NCBI GenBank assembly: GCA_977017575.1
Contig: CDRNVI010000002.1
Coordinates: forward strand, 186,001 to 250,000
Direction of reading: 5' to 3'
Source of the DNA: Paramoeba atlantica
Lineage: Eukaryota > Protista > Discosea
DNA length: 64,000 bases
The position numbers were made by a program, and so were the translations under genes. The notes under the pieces are model-generated. The model was not told the origin of the DNA. It saw only the letters and a list, made by a program, of their open reading frames with translations, and searched no databases. This document shows, in pieces, positions 31,858 to 41,947 of this stretch. Each line of letters begins with the position of its first letter. Position 1 is the first letter of the stretch.

Positions 31858-32634
31858 CTAATCAACTGTCATATCCCCCTTGGGCGAACCTTCCTCAATA
31901 ACCTGGTCTTTCTTTTCAGTTTCCCTCAACTCCTTTAAAATTTCCTCCACAAGCTCCTTTGGAACGTCGCAAAAGGTCTGTTTCGACTCCTCACAAACCC
32001 ACCCCAACTCAAACGCATACAGCTTGTCCTTCTCATCATGCACGTTGTGCAGAATCCGTACCAATGCCTTCAACGCCTCACGGCATTTGAGGGTTCCAAA
32101 TGACAGCTTTTCCAGCTCCGCCTTTGCTGCGGTCTTCCCCTTCCCCACCGCACATGCGTGGTACCCGTACGTCTCCCCGCTGGGGTCAATTAAAAACAGC
32201 TGCGGGCCGTCATCCCCATACGACCCCAGCAGCGTCGCACACCCCAGCGGGCGGTAGGCGCCAAACACGGTGTACATTTGCATAAACGCCCCAAGTTTCT
32301 CACGCAGCACAGTTCCTGAAATCGGGCACGCGTTGACCTCACGGTAGGCTCGGGCCTCCTCGCGGCCTCGGGTCATCAGGTGGCGCCCATCGGGCTGGTA
32401 CCCCGCCACGCAAACCCCACACTGCTTGTCGAGGGGATAGACCCGACGTAAGGCGGAGGGGTCCGCGAGTTTCGTCGGGAGCGCCTTCTCTACCCCCAGG
32501 AGTACCCCGTCGAGGCATTGGATGCCGATGGCCGTCCCGGAGAGGTCAACCGCTTTCGCGGCGTACTCCACTTGGAAGACCCGACCCTCGGGGGAGTAGG
32601 TGTCGACGCTGAGGTCGTACCCGGAACCGGACAT
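31858..32634 (-). CDS. PSMA3: 20S proteasome subunit alpha-7
   Basis: SGYDLSVDTYSPEGRVFQVEYA, RPLGC, GPQLFLIDPSG..YGY and AVGKGKTAAKAELEKL. Confidence 0.93.
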   Translation of the reverse strand: MSGSGYDLSVDTYSPEGRVFQVEYAAKAVDLSGTAIGIQCLDGVLLGVEKALPTKLADPSALRRVYPLDKQCGVCVAGYQPDGRHLMTRGREEARAYREVNACPISGTVLREKLGAFMQMYTVFGAYRPLGCATLLGSYGDDGPQLFLIDPSGETYGYHACAVGKGKTAAKAELEKLSFGTLKCREALKALVRILHNVHDEKDKLYAFELGWVCEESKQTFCDVPKELVEEILKELRETEKKDQVIEEGSPKGDMTVD

Positions 32635-32817
32635 GGAGGAAGGAGATGGGGAGAGAGGGAGAAGAGATACGGAAAAAGGGTGGCTAAGGAAAAGGTTCGT
32701 TCGTGGGGTAAGGATTAAATCCTGCCTTTATACATTGTCTTAGTAAAAATACGCACTTCTCCCTAATTTCCGCCGATTTCGTACATCCGAACGCCTCCAC
32801 TTACACAATTATACACA

Positions 32818-33462
32818 TCACCTCCCCGCATTCGAGCCCTGCCCCTTCTTCGTCTCCGCCTCCTTCGTTTTCTCCCCCTTTTCCTCCGACAAACCCGCCG
32901 GGCTGGGCCCCGGATGGCGATGCTCCACGGTCACAATACTCGAAAAAACCACCGCATTCGGAACATACACCCGCTCCCCTTTGTCGTTTAACAGCGTCAG
33001 GTGGCGTATGTCCCACCCGCACACCACCCCCTCCACGGCCGCGGCCCCGGTGCCGAGTTTTAGCCTCTGGCCGTGACCAAACGCCCGGTTGCGGTTGAAC
33101 GCGAGCATGAGACCGGCCATGAAGTTGGCCCCAATGTCTTTGGCCGCGAACCCCAGGGAGGCGCCCCCGATCCCGAGCCCCGTGAGCAGCGGGCTGGTGT
33201 CCACCCCCGCGGTGCCGAGCACCACGAAGACCAGCATGCTCCACGTCGCGGTCGCGGAGGCCCGGGAGACGAGATCGCGCACGGAGACGTCGGGGACGAG
33301 TCCGGTGCGACGGAGGAGGAGGTTGTAGAAGGCGGTGAACCCGGGGAGCCGGGGGAGGGAGGAGGGGAGGAAACCGCGACCGGGGATCATGTCATGGAGA
33401 GGGGGGGGGGAAGAAGAGAAAGAAGAAGGGAAGGAGGAGGAGATGGGGGAGAAGGTAGACAT
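32818..33462 (-). CDS. mscS: Small-conductance mechanosensitive channel (MscS family)
   Basis: 'GVDTSPLLTGLGIGGASLGFAAKDIGANFMAGL' TM2-TM3 and 'GVVCGWDIRHLTLLNDKGERVYVPNA' beta domain. Confidence 0.88.
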   Translation of the reverse strand: MSTFSPISSSFPSSFSSSPPPLHDMIPGRGFLPSSLPRLPGFTAFYNLLLRRTGLVPDVSVRDLVSRASATATWSMLVFVVLGTAGVDTSPLLTGLGIGGASLGFAAKDIGANFMAGLMLAFNRNRAFGHGQRLKLGTGAAAVEGVVCGWDIRHLTLLNDKGERVYVPNAVVFSSIVTVEHRHPGPSPAGLSEEKGEKTKEAETKKGQGSNAGR

Positions 33463-33475
33463 AACGTATAATGTA

Positions 33476-33827
33476 CAGGGGGGATTAGCTAATGCTCGGG
33501 GGGCTAAAATTGTAAAACTTGGCCAATTTTGGAAAATAATAGCGCTTTTGAGAGCTAAACATCGACTGCAAGCTTTTAGGAAATTCTGACATTTTTTCCC
33601 CGAAAAGTAAAGTCAAACCTAGTACGCACAGTGCCCCCTGTTCCTTTCTATCACGATATTTGTGTGCCCTGTGGTGAGAGAAGGTACTCGTCTTTGAGGC
33701 ATGAATGATGAAAACAGGAGAAGCCCTAAAAATTGGGAAAAGGCGAGCTCTCGAATGCGCGATTATCTTCCAAAATTGGCCAAATTTTACGAATTTTAAA
33801 CACCCAAGCACTAGCTGATCGCCCCTG
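33476..33827. mobile_element. TA-flanked MITE with ~70-bp imperfect TIRs, 352 bp
   Basis: TA-CAGGGGGGATTAGCTAATGCTCGGG...TTGGCCAATTTTGGAAAATAAT is mirrored at 33757-33827 (reverse complement CAGGGGCGATCAGCTAGTGCTTGGG...) and followed by TA. Confidence 0.8.
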
Positions 33828-34019
33828 TATGAGGTGTTGGTGATAAAAAAAGACAAGAAGAATAGTCAAGACATCCTTTCTATAACTAATTTCTATAAAG
33901 TAACTTTCTATAAAGTCAAGACAGCTTGAATGACGTGTGACGAAAAGCGGGTGGTAATGAAAAAAGGAAGTCGTAGTGTTCAGTGACAGTTTTCAGGACA
34001 TGAAAACATGCAGAATGTC

Positions 34020-34847
34020 CTACTCAGTTTGTATATCACCTGGGGCGATCTGAGGTTGGAAGGTGGGATCAATATAGTATGAATCCGGGGGAGGTTCTCG
34101 TACGACTCGGGTCTCGCCTTTTTGTGGCAAAGCAGTAGCCCATGTAGATTCAGCTTCGACGATTTTGGATGACTCGTTGAATTTTGTGTGAGAAATATCC
34201 GTTCGAAGATGCGGTATACTCCAGACTCTATTTTTCTTTTGAAAAGTATCATGTGTATGCCCCACAGAAGATCTAGCTAAGTGAGGATTGCTGTCCTTTT
34301 TAGCGTCACGTAAATTCACCAAAGGGGGAAACGTTTTGTCCGGCCATTTTACGTGGCGAGTCGAGGCGAGTGTGCTGGGACGCTTGAGACATGACTTGCG
34401 ATCTGGAAAATTTTCATCTTTAGACGATTGCCCTGGCAATTTACCTCTATAATCCGAACTCATGTTCGGTTCCAAGCGGGGATACGACCATTTTCTGCGT
34501 AATTCGTCATAAATATCTTGCGTTTCCGTGTCACACAGACTCTTGAACGCATCATGTGTCTCAATTAATACGTGTCGAGCTTTCTGGCCTTCTGAACTGT
34601 GCCAAAAAGATGTATGAATCATCGACGATGTACGTAAAATCATCATCAAAATATCAATCTGATTGCCGGACAAAAATCTGCGGCTTGGGTTATAAGGCAA
34701 TGACTCCAATTGTTCAAGTAAGGTAAACAGAAACGAGGTTTGTGTCGCAGATGAAGACGATGCAATTGATTCGTACTTTTCTTCAGTTTCACAATGTTGA
34801 ATTGACACGGGGAATGTATCGCGAAATACGTTAGCGTCTTCATCCAT
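34020..34847 (-). CDS. Probable PNUTS/PPP1R10-like PP1 regulatory subunit
   Basis: Helical N-terminal region ending 'DELRRKW' (TFIIS-N-like), 'KSCLK' SILK-like motif, 'RHVKW' RVxF motif, and downstream 'VWSIPHL' and 'REPPPDSY'. Confidence 0.5.
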   Translation of the reverse strand: MDEDANVFRDTFPVSIQHCETEEKYESIASSSSATQTSFLFTLLEQLESLPYNPSRRFLSGNQIDILMMILRTSSMIHTSFWHSSEGQKARHVLIETHDAFKSLCDTETQDIYDELRRKWSYPRLEPNMSSDYRGKLPGQSSKDENFPDRKSCLKRPSTLASTRHVKWPDKTFPPLVNLRDAKKDSNPHLARSSVGHTHDTFQKKNRVWSIPHLRTDISHTKFNESSKIVEAESTWATALPQKGETRVVREPPPDSYYIDPTFQPQIAPGDIQTE

Positions 34848-35102
34848 TCTATTACTGAAATAATGGATACCGTAACATCATGCCTGTAACTCCCTCAAAC
34901 ATCGCTTTTTCGAATACGCAGTATGAACACCTAGGTAGAAACTAGCATATTTAGTAAAACATGTAGTAGAATTCACAAAAGAAGAAGGGAACGTGTATTC
35001 AAGATTACTTCAATGGATTCGGAATCTTTTCCTGGAAAGGAATATGTACATATAAAAGCAACACTTGAAGAGAGGTGGTCGGCATTGTTTCATTCTAAAT
35101 AT

Positions 35103-36233
35103 TTATCTCGGAACAAAGTAATAAGTCCCTCGCTGAATGCACATATTTTGATAAAATTCGGCTTTGAATGTCAGGCAAGGTGTCTGCGGGGGCAAGAAAG
35201 GTTGGCCAATTTCAGAATCCCACGGAGGCACAGGATAGTGTTGATCATATACGTGGAGATGTGAAAATAATACTTTGAAAGTATCCTTCTCTTGAAATCG
35301 AGCTAGCGAAACACTGCTTCTTGATAATAAATTACCAAATTGGGTGGCATGAGCTGGCGTCTTGTACTCGGAGTGTGGAGACCGGCTCCGATAGTGCAAA
35401 CATGACTCTACATCTGAGGCCACAAAGCAGAGAGGTGTCGGGAACGGTGTATTCACTATGTTAATAGCATTTTCATATTCATTACATTTCGGGGCTTGTT
35501 GCACCAAATGATAAACTTGTGGAAGAGACTCTGCGATATGTGTCGCTAGTTCTTGGATAAATTCGGTGAATACAGTCTGTGTCAGACTGTATTCTGCCTC
35601 ATGATCAAGTTGTGCATAGCAAAATAGTTTACCGCTTTTCGCATCAATCTCGATAGGTGAGCACATCAACAATCCGAAACGGTTGTCCAGCCTTTTCTGA
35701 GCAGCTTCTATTCTGGCGTCTACTCGGTGTGGCAAAATGTATTTCTCCCAATCGGAGTTTCTGGGTCGGTCCGTTCCTGCACGTGGACCACTGATCAGAG
35801 ACGTGCACAATGCTGTGTAGTTTCCATCCCAGAGTGTCACGGAGACATCAGGGGCTTGTCGGTGTGAGGCTCCCACGAATTCCACATTTGCGATCGTAGG
35901 ACGAATGCCTTGAATGAGAGGTTCGGTGTAAACAGTTGTGCGCGTTAAATTGTAAGGCACATTTCGAAATTGGTGTCTTCCTCCATGGGGAGAATATTGT
36001 GGATCGAGCAGTGCATCCTCAGCGGCAGCTATAACGAGCTCTCGGTAGGATTCCCAAACGTACGCGTGGTTCAAGCCTTGTAACATAAAAGGAAATGCTT
36101 CGTAATTGGGGTGGAGGTGAAAGTTTCTACCTGGCCCATGCAGAGTAAGGTATTTCTGCGCGTGGGCAATGGCTTGGGCAGCAGTGCTTCGGTTGAGACT
36201 GGTGAGCTGCGCCAACATAAAAAGTGCATTCAA
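35103..36233 (-). CDS. Hypothetical protein
   Basis: 376-aa open frame in cluster orientation, complex composition, no family recognised. Confidence 0.75.
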   Translation of the reverse strand: MNALFMLAQLTSLNRSTAAQAIAHAQKYLTLHGPGRNFHLHPNYEAFPFMLQGLNHAYVWESYRELVIAAAEDALLDPQYSPHGGRHQFRNVPYNLTRTTVYTEPLIQGIRPTIANVEFVGASHRQAPDVSVTLWDGNYTALCTSLISGPRAGTDRPRNSDWEKYILPHRVDARIEAAQKRLDNRFGLLMCSPIEIDAKSGKLFCYAQLDHEAEYSLTQTVFTEFIQELATHIAESLPQVYHLVQQAPKCNEYENAINIVNTPFPTPLCFVASDVESCLHYRSRSPHSEYKTPAHATQFGNLLSRSSVSLARFQEKDTFKVLFSHLHVYDQHYPVPPWDSEIGQPFLPPQTPCLTFKAEFYQNMCIQRGTYYFVPR

Positions 36234-36561
36234 AATAGTAAAATAGGATTAATCTCGTTTGAGTTATGAAAATACAAGCTTTACAAAATCTTGTACACCA
36301 CTCATAGCTTCCTCAAAAGCCCACACCATGAGTGGTATTTCAGTGCTAAAAAACATTATCGGGCAAACATTCACTGATTTTTAAAGGTAAAACAATGGCA
36401 ATGGTAAACAATGGCAAGCGCAAGCTTAAATAGTTCCAACAATGTGTGAGACACAACCAAAAGAAGAAGGCAACCAGCATGTATCAGTATTTCAGTAATC
36501 TACATTTTCATTCAAAGTGGTTAAGCATGACAGTGAACTACACGGAGGTTGAGGAATCACT

Positions 36562-37710
36562 TTAGTCCTTGGCATCAGAAATACCTTGTTCGCTTATGCA
36601 AAATGCGCACTCAAGCTCCGGCAAAGAAGGACTGTCATAAATTTTACAAATCCGTTGCTCACCTCGCCCTTTTCGGAGACTTAACCGTGTAGTTGAAGCA
36701 TGAGCGACCACATGTCCACCCACGGGCTTCTTAGGATCTGCCACGAACATGGAACCTCCCCCGGGGTCGCTAACCACTTGGTTGGTAATATAAATCGCGA
36801 CGTTAAATTCCTCTGCCATCTTAATAAGGCTGCTTAACATCTTTCCCAGTTTCTGTTGACGTTCCGCTAACTCTCCACGTCCACTAAAATCAACCCGAAA
36901 CAGCGCCGTAATACTATCCACCACCAACAAGGCAAACTGCTCCTCACACAGCTTCGCCGCGACCAAAGAGAGAAGCTGATATTGGTGCTCATGGGTAAAC
37001 GCTCGCGCCACAATAATATTATCCATTGTAGCATCCGGATCCAACCCGTACCGTTGCGCAATCGGACGAATCCGTTCCGGACGAAATGTGGACTCGGTGT
37101 CGATATAGGCCACTTTTCCATTCCCCCCTCCCATCGCTTTCGGCAGCTGGCAGGTCACACACAACGTGTGCGCGATCTGCGTCTTCCCGGTACGAAACTC
37201 CCCAAAGGCTTCGGTAATGCTCATGGATTCGACCCCACCCCCGAGGAGCGTGTCTAACGCTTGAGAGCCTGTGGTAATTCGCGTAATCCGTCTTCGTTTT
37301 TGCAGACTCTCGGTTGCGGTAATAAACCCCGTATGGGCAAGTTTCCGGGCAGTGTCAATAATTTTATCCACCTTGGCCTCCGAGAGACCTTTGATGGCTA
37401 CCAGATCCTTACGACACTGCATCAGGACCCCCTCGACGGTGTGGACATGCGCGGTACGGAGTTTGTTGACATCCACGGCGGGAATGCCCATCTCGGTGAG
37501 TTTGTCGAGCTCTTGGAAAGTGGGGCTGTGCTCATGTAGGGTAGAGAACGCAGCTCCGGTTGCGTCAGTGTGATCTGCGGTCGCGCTCGTTTCGGTTTCA
37601 CAGGATGCCGCTGCCCCGGACGGGGCTTGCGAGGTCCTTGATTTGGCTTTTACTTGAGAAGAAAGGGCCAGGCTAACGGAAGCGGTACCGGGTTGGAGCT
37701 GGAGGCTCAT
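36562..37710 (-). CDS. DMC1: Meiotic recombinase DMC1
   Basis: [49 protein letters not shown] and GISDAKD are DMC1-type rather than RAD51-type residues. Confidence 0.93.
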   Translation of the reverse strand: MSLQLQPGTASVSLALSSQVKAKSRTSQAPSGAAASCETETSATADHTDATGAAFSTLHEHSPTFQELDKLTEMGIPAVDVNKLRTAHVHTVEGVLMQCRKDLVAIKGLSEAKVDKIIDTARKLAHTGFITATESLQKRRRITRITTGSQALDTLLGGGVESMSITEAFGEFRTGKTQIAHTLCVTCQLPKAMGGGNGKVAYIDTESTFRPERIRPIAQRYGLDPDATMDNIIVARAFTHEHQYQLLSLVAAKLCEEQFALLVVDSITALFRVDFSGRGELAERQQKLGKMLSSLIKMAEEFNVAIYITNQVVSDPGGGSMFVADPKKPVGGHVVAHASTTRLSLRKGRGEQRICKIYDSPSLPELECAFCISEQGISDAKD

Positions 37711-38152
37711 AAATGGAGAAAACAGAAGAGGTTTGTGTTATTTTATAGTAGAAATAAGAATCGTCAACTAATACCATGCTCCAGTGTCAAGAATACTAAC
37801 GAAGGATTGTAAAATTTTGTGTTCTATTACAGCTGTATGTTTTTTTTCGTTACACGTAAAGTTCTGTGAAGCAAGAAGAATAAATCAGGTTGTCTAATTT
37901 AAAAGAACTGGCAACTCACGTCTATTTTGAATAAAATGGGTGGGGCAGCTCATCGGAAGCCAGTATCCAGAAAAAGCGCAGACTATGAATATTGCGAATA
38001 TCAACCCCCAAGAAACCCTGTAGCAGCATTTCCGGAGTCAAGCCTCTTACATATCTCATTACTTCGCAATGCAACTGTTCAGCATGAACACTATTCATAG
38101 TGCTTCACAAGCATTGCGTCTCCAGAACAATAGAACAGGCGAATCGAGTAAC

Positions 38153-38443
38153 TCAACGACGCACCGAGAATTCTGCGGAGCGCTCCCTGGCCCGCGTCTT
38201 GGCGTCATGTAGTGGTTGATAGGCTATGTCAATGGCGCGTCCGGTTTTCGGGTCTATTACAACCTCATATCCCACTGCGGATGTGGGGCCTGTGGTAGGC
38301 GTTTCCTTGAGAAACATAACGTAGCCGCTGTACACCAACAGACTAACACACGTAACACGAACAACAGCCTGGGCAGCATGAAATTTCCAGCCATAACTCC
38401 AGCTTACTGGTAAGAATTGACGCAATATACTGGGGCCAAACAT
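38153..38443 (-). CDS. Small single-pass membrane protein, possibly mitochondrial
   Basis: 96 aa with one hydrophobic helix 'VVRVTCVSLLVYSGYVMFL', in cluster orientation. Confidence 0.6.
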   Translation of the reverse strand: MFGPSILRQFLPVSWSYGWKFHAAQAVVRVTCVSLLVYSGYVMFLKETPTTGPTSAVGYEVVIDPKTGRAIDIAYQPLHDAKTRARERSAEFSVRR

Positions 38444-38830
38444 GTTCCCTCCAAAACGAAGCTAAAATTTCTCAACTAAGGTGAAGCGGGTGATAGTGCT
38501 ACACAATTGAATACTGATCAAACTTAATGATTTTACATGCGAACAATGTTTATTCGCGAATTTTATCGGTTCACGTTGGTAAGGATTGGTACCTTAGGAT
38601 AGTTATAGTGGATAAAAATAATGCACCGACATTGAAACGACGCAAGTTGAAACGACGCAAGTTGATTTCCTTTTGAGAAACATGATTGATATTAATAGAG
38701 GAGCTGTACATTTGTACATCAGTCGTTATGGTATAATATACAGAGTTTCTGGAAAAAAGTCAGCTCAATGTTAGCACCCCGTTACTGGTTATTCGTGAAT
38801 TCACACATTCCCATGAATTATCCCCCAAGG

Positions 38831-40135
38831 TTATAATGTATTTTTTCTTGTCCTAAATTTACTTTTTGAATGCGCCGAGTCACGACGACGCCGCCAATTG
38901 CAAAATTCCGCACATAGCTCGGTCTTGATTACGCACCACATCCTTTTCTTGGACTCGACGATGCGTTGTCTAATTCCGTTCTTGTCCACGAAAGCGCGAT
39001 GTTGATCATCTATCATTGCCTCAACACTCACGTAACGCTTCTGGCAAAATTCGTAAAACTTATGGTTCATTATGGAACATTTCGGGTCGTATAAAAATTC
39101 ATGACGTAAGTAACTTTCTGGATAAAAGTACTGCAAAGATATACCAATCTCAGCCAGGCGGTCGCGCCAGTGCCTTATTTCCTTCAGAGGTGCTTCCATC
39201 CATTGATTCCATGCAACCTGCCGTGAAACAGGCCATACCTCCTTCTCCTTTAAATCCTTGCAGTACAAAGAAAATGCTGTAGGAGGGATTTCCAATGGAA
39301 AAAAAGGGAGTTTCTTTAGATATACTCCAAAACCTTTGTCCGTATAATGTTTGAAACGTTCCTGAAGTTCCTTTAACTGCATAGCGGCAAGAGAGAAAGT
39401 TTGGATATCCTGTTTGTACATCCTCAACAATATTGATTTTATCCCTTTCCACAAACCTACATTATCGCGTCCAAAAAAACGGGCGTCCGCGTCTTCTAAC
39501 AGTTTCTCTGCTTCTTCATAATTCTTGCAAACGAAATTGTAAAAGTCATGATTCTGCCTGGGATTCATTTTGTCATAAGGCTGATCAGAATTGGGAGTTT
39601 CGGGTGAGAAATACGGGAGTGATGGTCCACGGGTAATAGCGTCATGTCGGAACGATTTTCGACGGCCTTCCTCCATATTTTTCCACATACTAAATCGTGT
39701 TGAACGTTCCCACCCAATAACACCCCATGAAAATAATGTAAATCCTACTATTGGCGTATTGGGCTTTACAAAAAAAGAGTGCGTTTGATCCTTGCGCCCC
39801 CTCTTTCCCTCAAAATGTGTTGAAAGCACCTCAAAATCGTCCTGCAGTTGGCCCTTTTGCTGAAGGTCACGAGAAAGATTATGATAAAATCTCTCACGTG
39901 TCGTAGCAGTACGCGGTGTATGTCCAGGCATGGAAGATGTACTCTCATCTGTGTCTATGGACTCAGTCGTGTTTTCAGCTCTAAATTCCTTCTGTAAAGT
40001 CTCTTTGTATATAGCTTTCTGTAAGGTTAAAGTTTCTTGTCGTTCATGTTGTCGATTTCGGAGGTAGGTATTAATAAAATCTGTCGACGACGACGTAGAA
40101 CGAGGTAGGGAAAAGCGAAAGAAAGTGCACCTCAT
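38831..40135 (-). CDS. Probable mitochondrial protein with degenerate HMG-box-like segments
   Basis: Presequence-like 'MRCTFFRFSLPRS'. 'KPNTPIVGFTLF...WKNMEEGRRKSF' and 'PPTAFSLYCKD...AWNQW' resemble HMG boxes. Confidence 0.5.
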   Translation of the reverse strand: MRCTFFRFSLPRSTSSSTDFINTYLRNRQHERQETLTLQKAIYKETLQKEFRAENTTESIDTDESTSSMPGHTPRTATTRERFYHNLSRDLQQKGQLQDDFEVLSTHFEGKRGRKDQTHSFFVKPNTPIVGFTLFSWGVIGWERSTRFSMWKNMEEGRRKSFRHDAITRGPSLPYFSPETPNSDQPYDKMNPRQNHDFYNFVCKNYEEAEKLLEDADARFFGRDNVGLWKGIKSILLRMYKQDIQTFSLAAMQLKELQERFKHYTDKGFGVYLKKLPFFPLEIPPTAFSLYCKDLKEKEVWPVSRQVAWNQWMEAPLKEIRHWRDRLAEIGISLQYFYPESYLRHEFLYDPKCSIMNHKFYEFCQKRYVSVEAMIDDQHRAFVDKNGIRQRIVESKKRMWCVIKTELCAEFCNWRRRRDSAHSKSKFRTRKNTL

Positions 40136-40728
40136 TTTATCAACTTTTGTATGAGAAATTACGGATCTAGTGGTGTGGATGGAGGTATTAAAAGGAATTA
40201 AACTCCAACGTTATCTTGGCATGTCCTTTGAAATTCCAATACAGTAGTGTAAGTAAAGCAAACTAATTTAGGACACAGTAAGTAAAGATTATTTCATGAT
40301 ACTATATTTTACTGAATATTACTATAAATTTTGTCAAGAGACTCGCGAACCAAAACTCAACAAAGGTTGCGACATCCAGAAATGCGATTAGTAACATTCA
40401 ATCAGCAAATCAAAAATTAACAAGGAATAAGAAAGCTCGATATAATAGCTTGAACGAGACAATCGACGGTGTTATAATTGATATTTTAAATTTATTATTC
40501 CCAAAGCGCTCCCAGTACATTCAACCTGGGGGTATACTTATCAATTATCAATATCATGCGAATAATGAAGAATTTCAGCTCAGAAAGTGTATTAATCTTT
40601 CGTTCATCAAATTATGAACCACAAGGATAATTAATATGGACCAACTTTTAATATTCTTAGCTAAATATTCCGGGTGTCAGCTATGAGGAATGTTTACACT
40701 GTGCAACAGCGTATTTTACTCCACTTCG

Positions 40729-41760
40729 TTAATAGCCTTTACTCAAATCAACTAGGTATTCAGGAAGCTTGCCGCTCTCTACGTAAGTTTGAGCCAGTTG
40801 TACGAACTGTTCCGCGGCCTCCTCGAATGCCTTTTTCCCAAGATCAGCATTATGAAACGTCATCAAGAGCTTGTCATCCGGCAAGTCCCACACCGGGCTG
40901 GACTCTGGCAGCGGCTCCGGTTCAAAAACATCCAACGCCGCACCACGAATCTGACCCGTCTGTAACGCCTCCACCAAATCCCCCTCATGTACCGTAGACC
41001 CACGGCCAATATTCACCAGCACCGCACTTTTCTTCATACGCTCAAAATGCTCCGCACGAAGAAAATTCACCGTATGCTTCGTATGCGGCAACACCACCAC
41101 CACAAAATCACTCTCCTCCAAAACCTGATTCAACCCCGCTTCCCCATGCAACTGTTCCACCCCGAGATCATCCGGGGACGGCACCGGGGAGCGTCGGTAC
41201 CCCAGCACCCGCATCCCCAGCGGCGCCACCACCTTCGCCACCGCGCGGCCAATATTCCCGTACCCGATCACCCCGAGCGTGGAGCCCCGCATCTCCTCAT
41301 TGGTAAACCGCTCCCACAGCTTGTGCCTCCGGTGGTACTGCAGCCGTACCACCTGTTTGTGAAAGTACAGACAGCTGAGCAGGACGTGCTCCGCGAGGAG
41401 CGGGGCGTAGGGGCCGCGGGCGTTGCTTAGGGGGGCGTGCAGGAGCTGCGCCAGCCGCGGGGGGTCGAAGGCGTCGACCCCGGCGAACAGCGAGTGCACC
41501 CAGGCGACGGTGGCGCCGTGGGGGGCGAGCCGCTGGGAGTGGAAGGCGTGGAAGATGTCGGTGGCGGCGGGGTCGCCAAAGGCGAAGACGTAGCGGTCCG
41601 GGGAGGTCTTGGCGAGTTCGGCGGAGAAGTCGGAGAGGGTGTTGCCGAGGACGATGTGGGAGAAGAGGGAGGGGGAGGTTTTGGAGAGGATGCCGCCCAT
41701 GTGGGTGAGGAGGGCGGGACTGATGATGGCGATGAGGGTGAGGGGGAGGGGGGCGGGCAT
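40729..41760 (-). CDS. D-isomer-specific 2-hydroxyacid dehydrogenase
   Basis: GVIGYGNIG, VVLPHT, LVNIGRG, GAALDVFEPEPL and LMTFHNA. Confidence 0.92.
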   Translation of the reverse strand: MPAPLPLTLIAIISPALLTHMGGILSKTSPSLFSHIVLGNTLSDFSAELAKTSPDRYVFAFGDPAATDIFHAFHSQRLAPHGATVAWVHSLFAGVDAFDPPRLAQLLHAPLSNARGPYAPLLAEHVLLSCLYFHKQVVRLQYHRRHKLWERFTNEEMRGSTLGVIGYGNIGRAVAKVVAPLGMRVLGYRRSPVPSPDDLGVEQLHGEAGLNQVLEESDFVVVVLPHTKHTVNFLRAEHFERMKKSAVLVNIGRGSTVHEGDLVEALQTGQIRGAALDVFEPEPLPESSPVWDLPDDKLLMTFHNADLGKKAFEEAAEQFVQLAQTYVESGKLPEYLVDLSKGY

Positions 41761-41947
41761 GGGGAGAGGAGGGGAGGGGAGGTAGGGAGGGGATAGGGAG
41801 AGGGTAGTTTTGGAATTCGTGGGTACAGGAAAATGCGAAGTAAAACATAAGTGTTTTATATCCGAATTTTGACCAAGTGAAAGAATTCAAAAAAAGAATG
41901 TGCACAAACGTGACATCTGCAATCCTACGCATTTCTTGGCAGTAGCA

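Noticed and set aside
31900-33460. Horizontal transfer as the cause of the GC-rich segments
   Set aside because: The segments include core eukaryotic genes (proteasome alpha7), and composition shifts mid-ORF elsewhere.
38632-38665. 15-bp tandem duplication TTGAAACGACGCAAG x2
   Set aside because: An isolated slippage-type duplication with no further structure.
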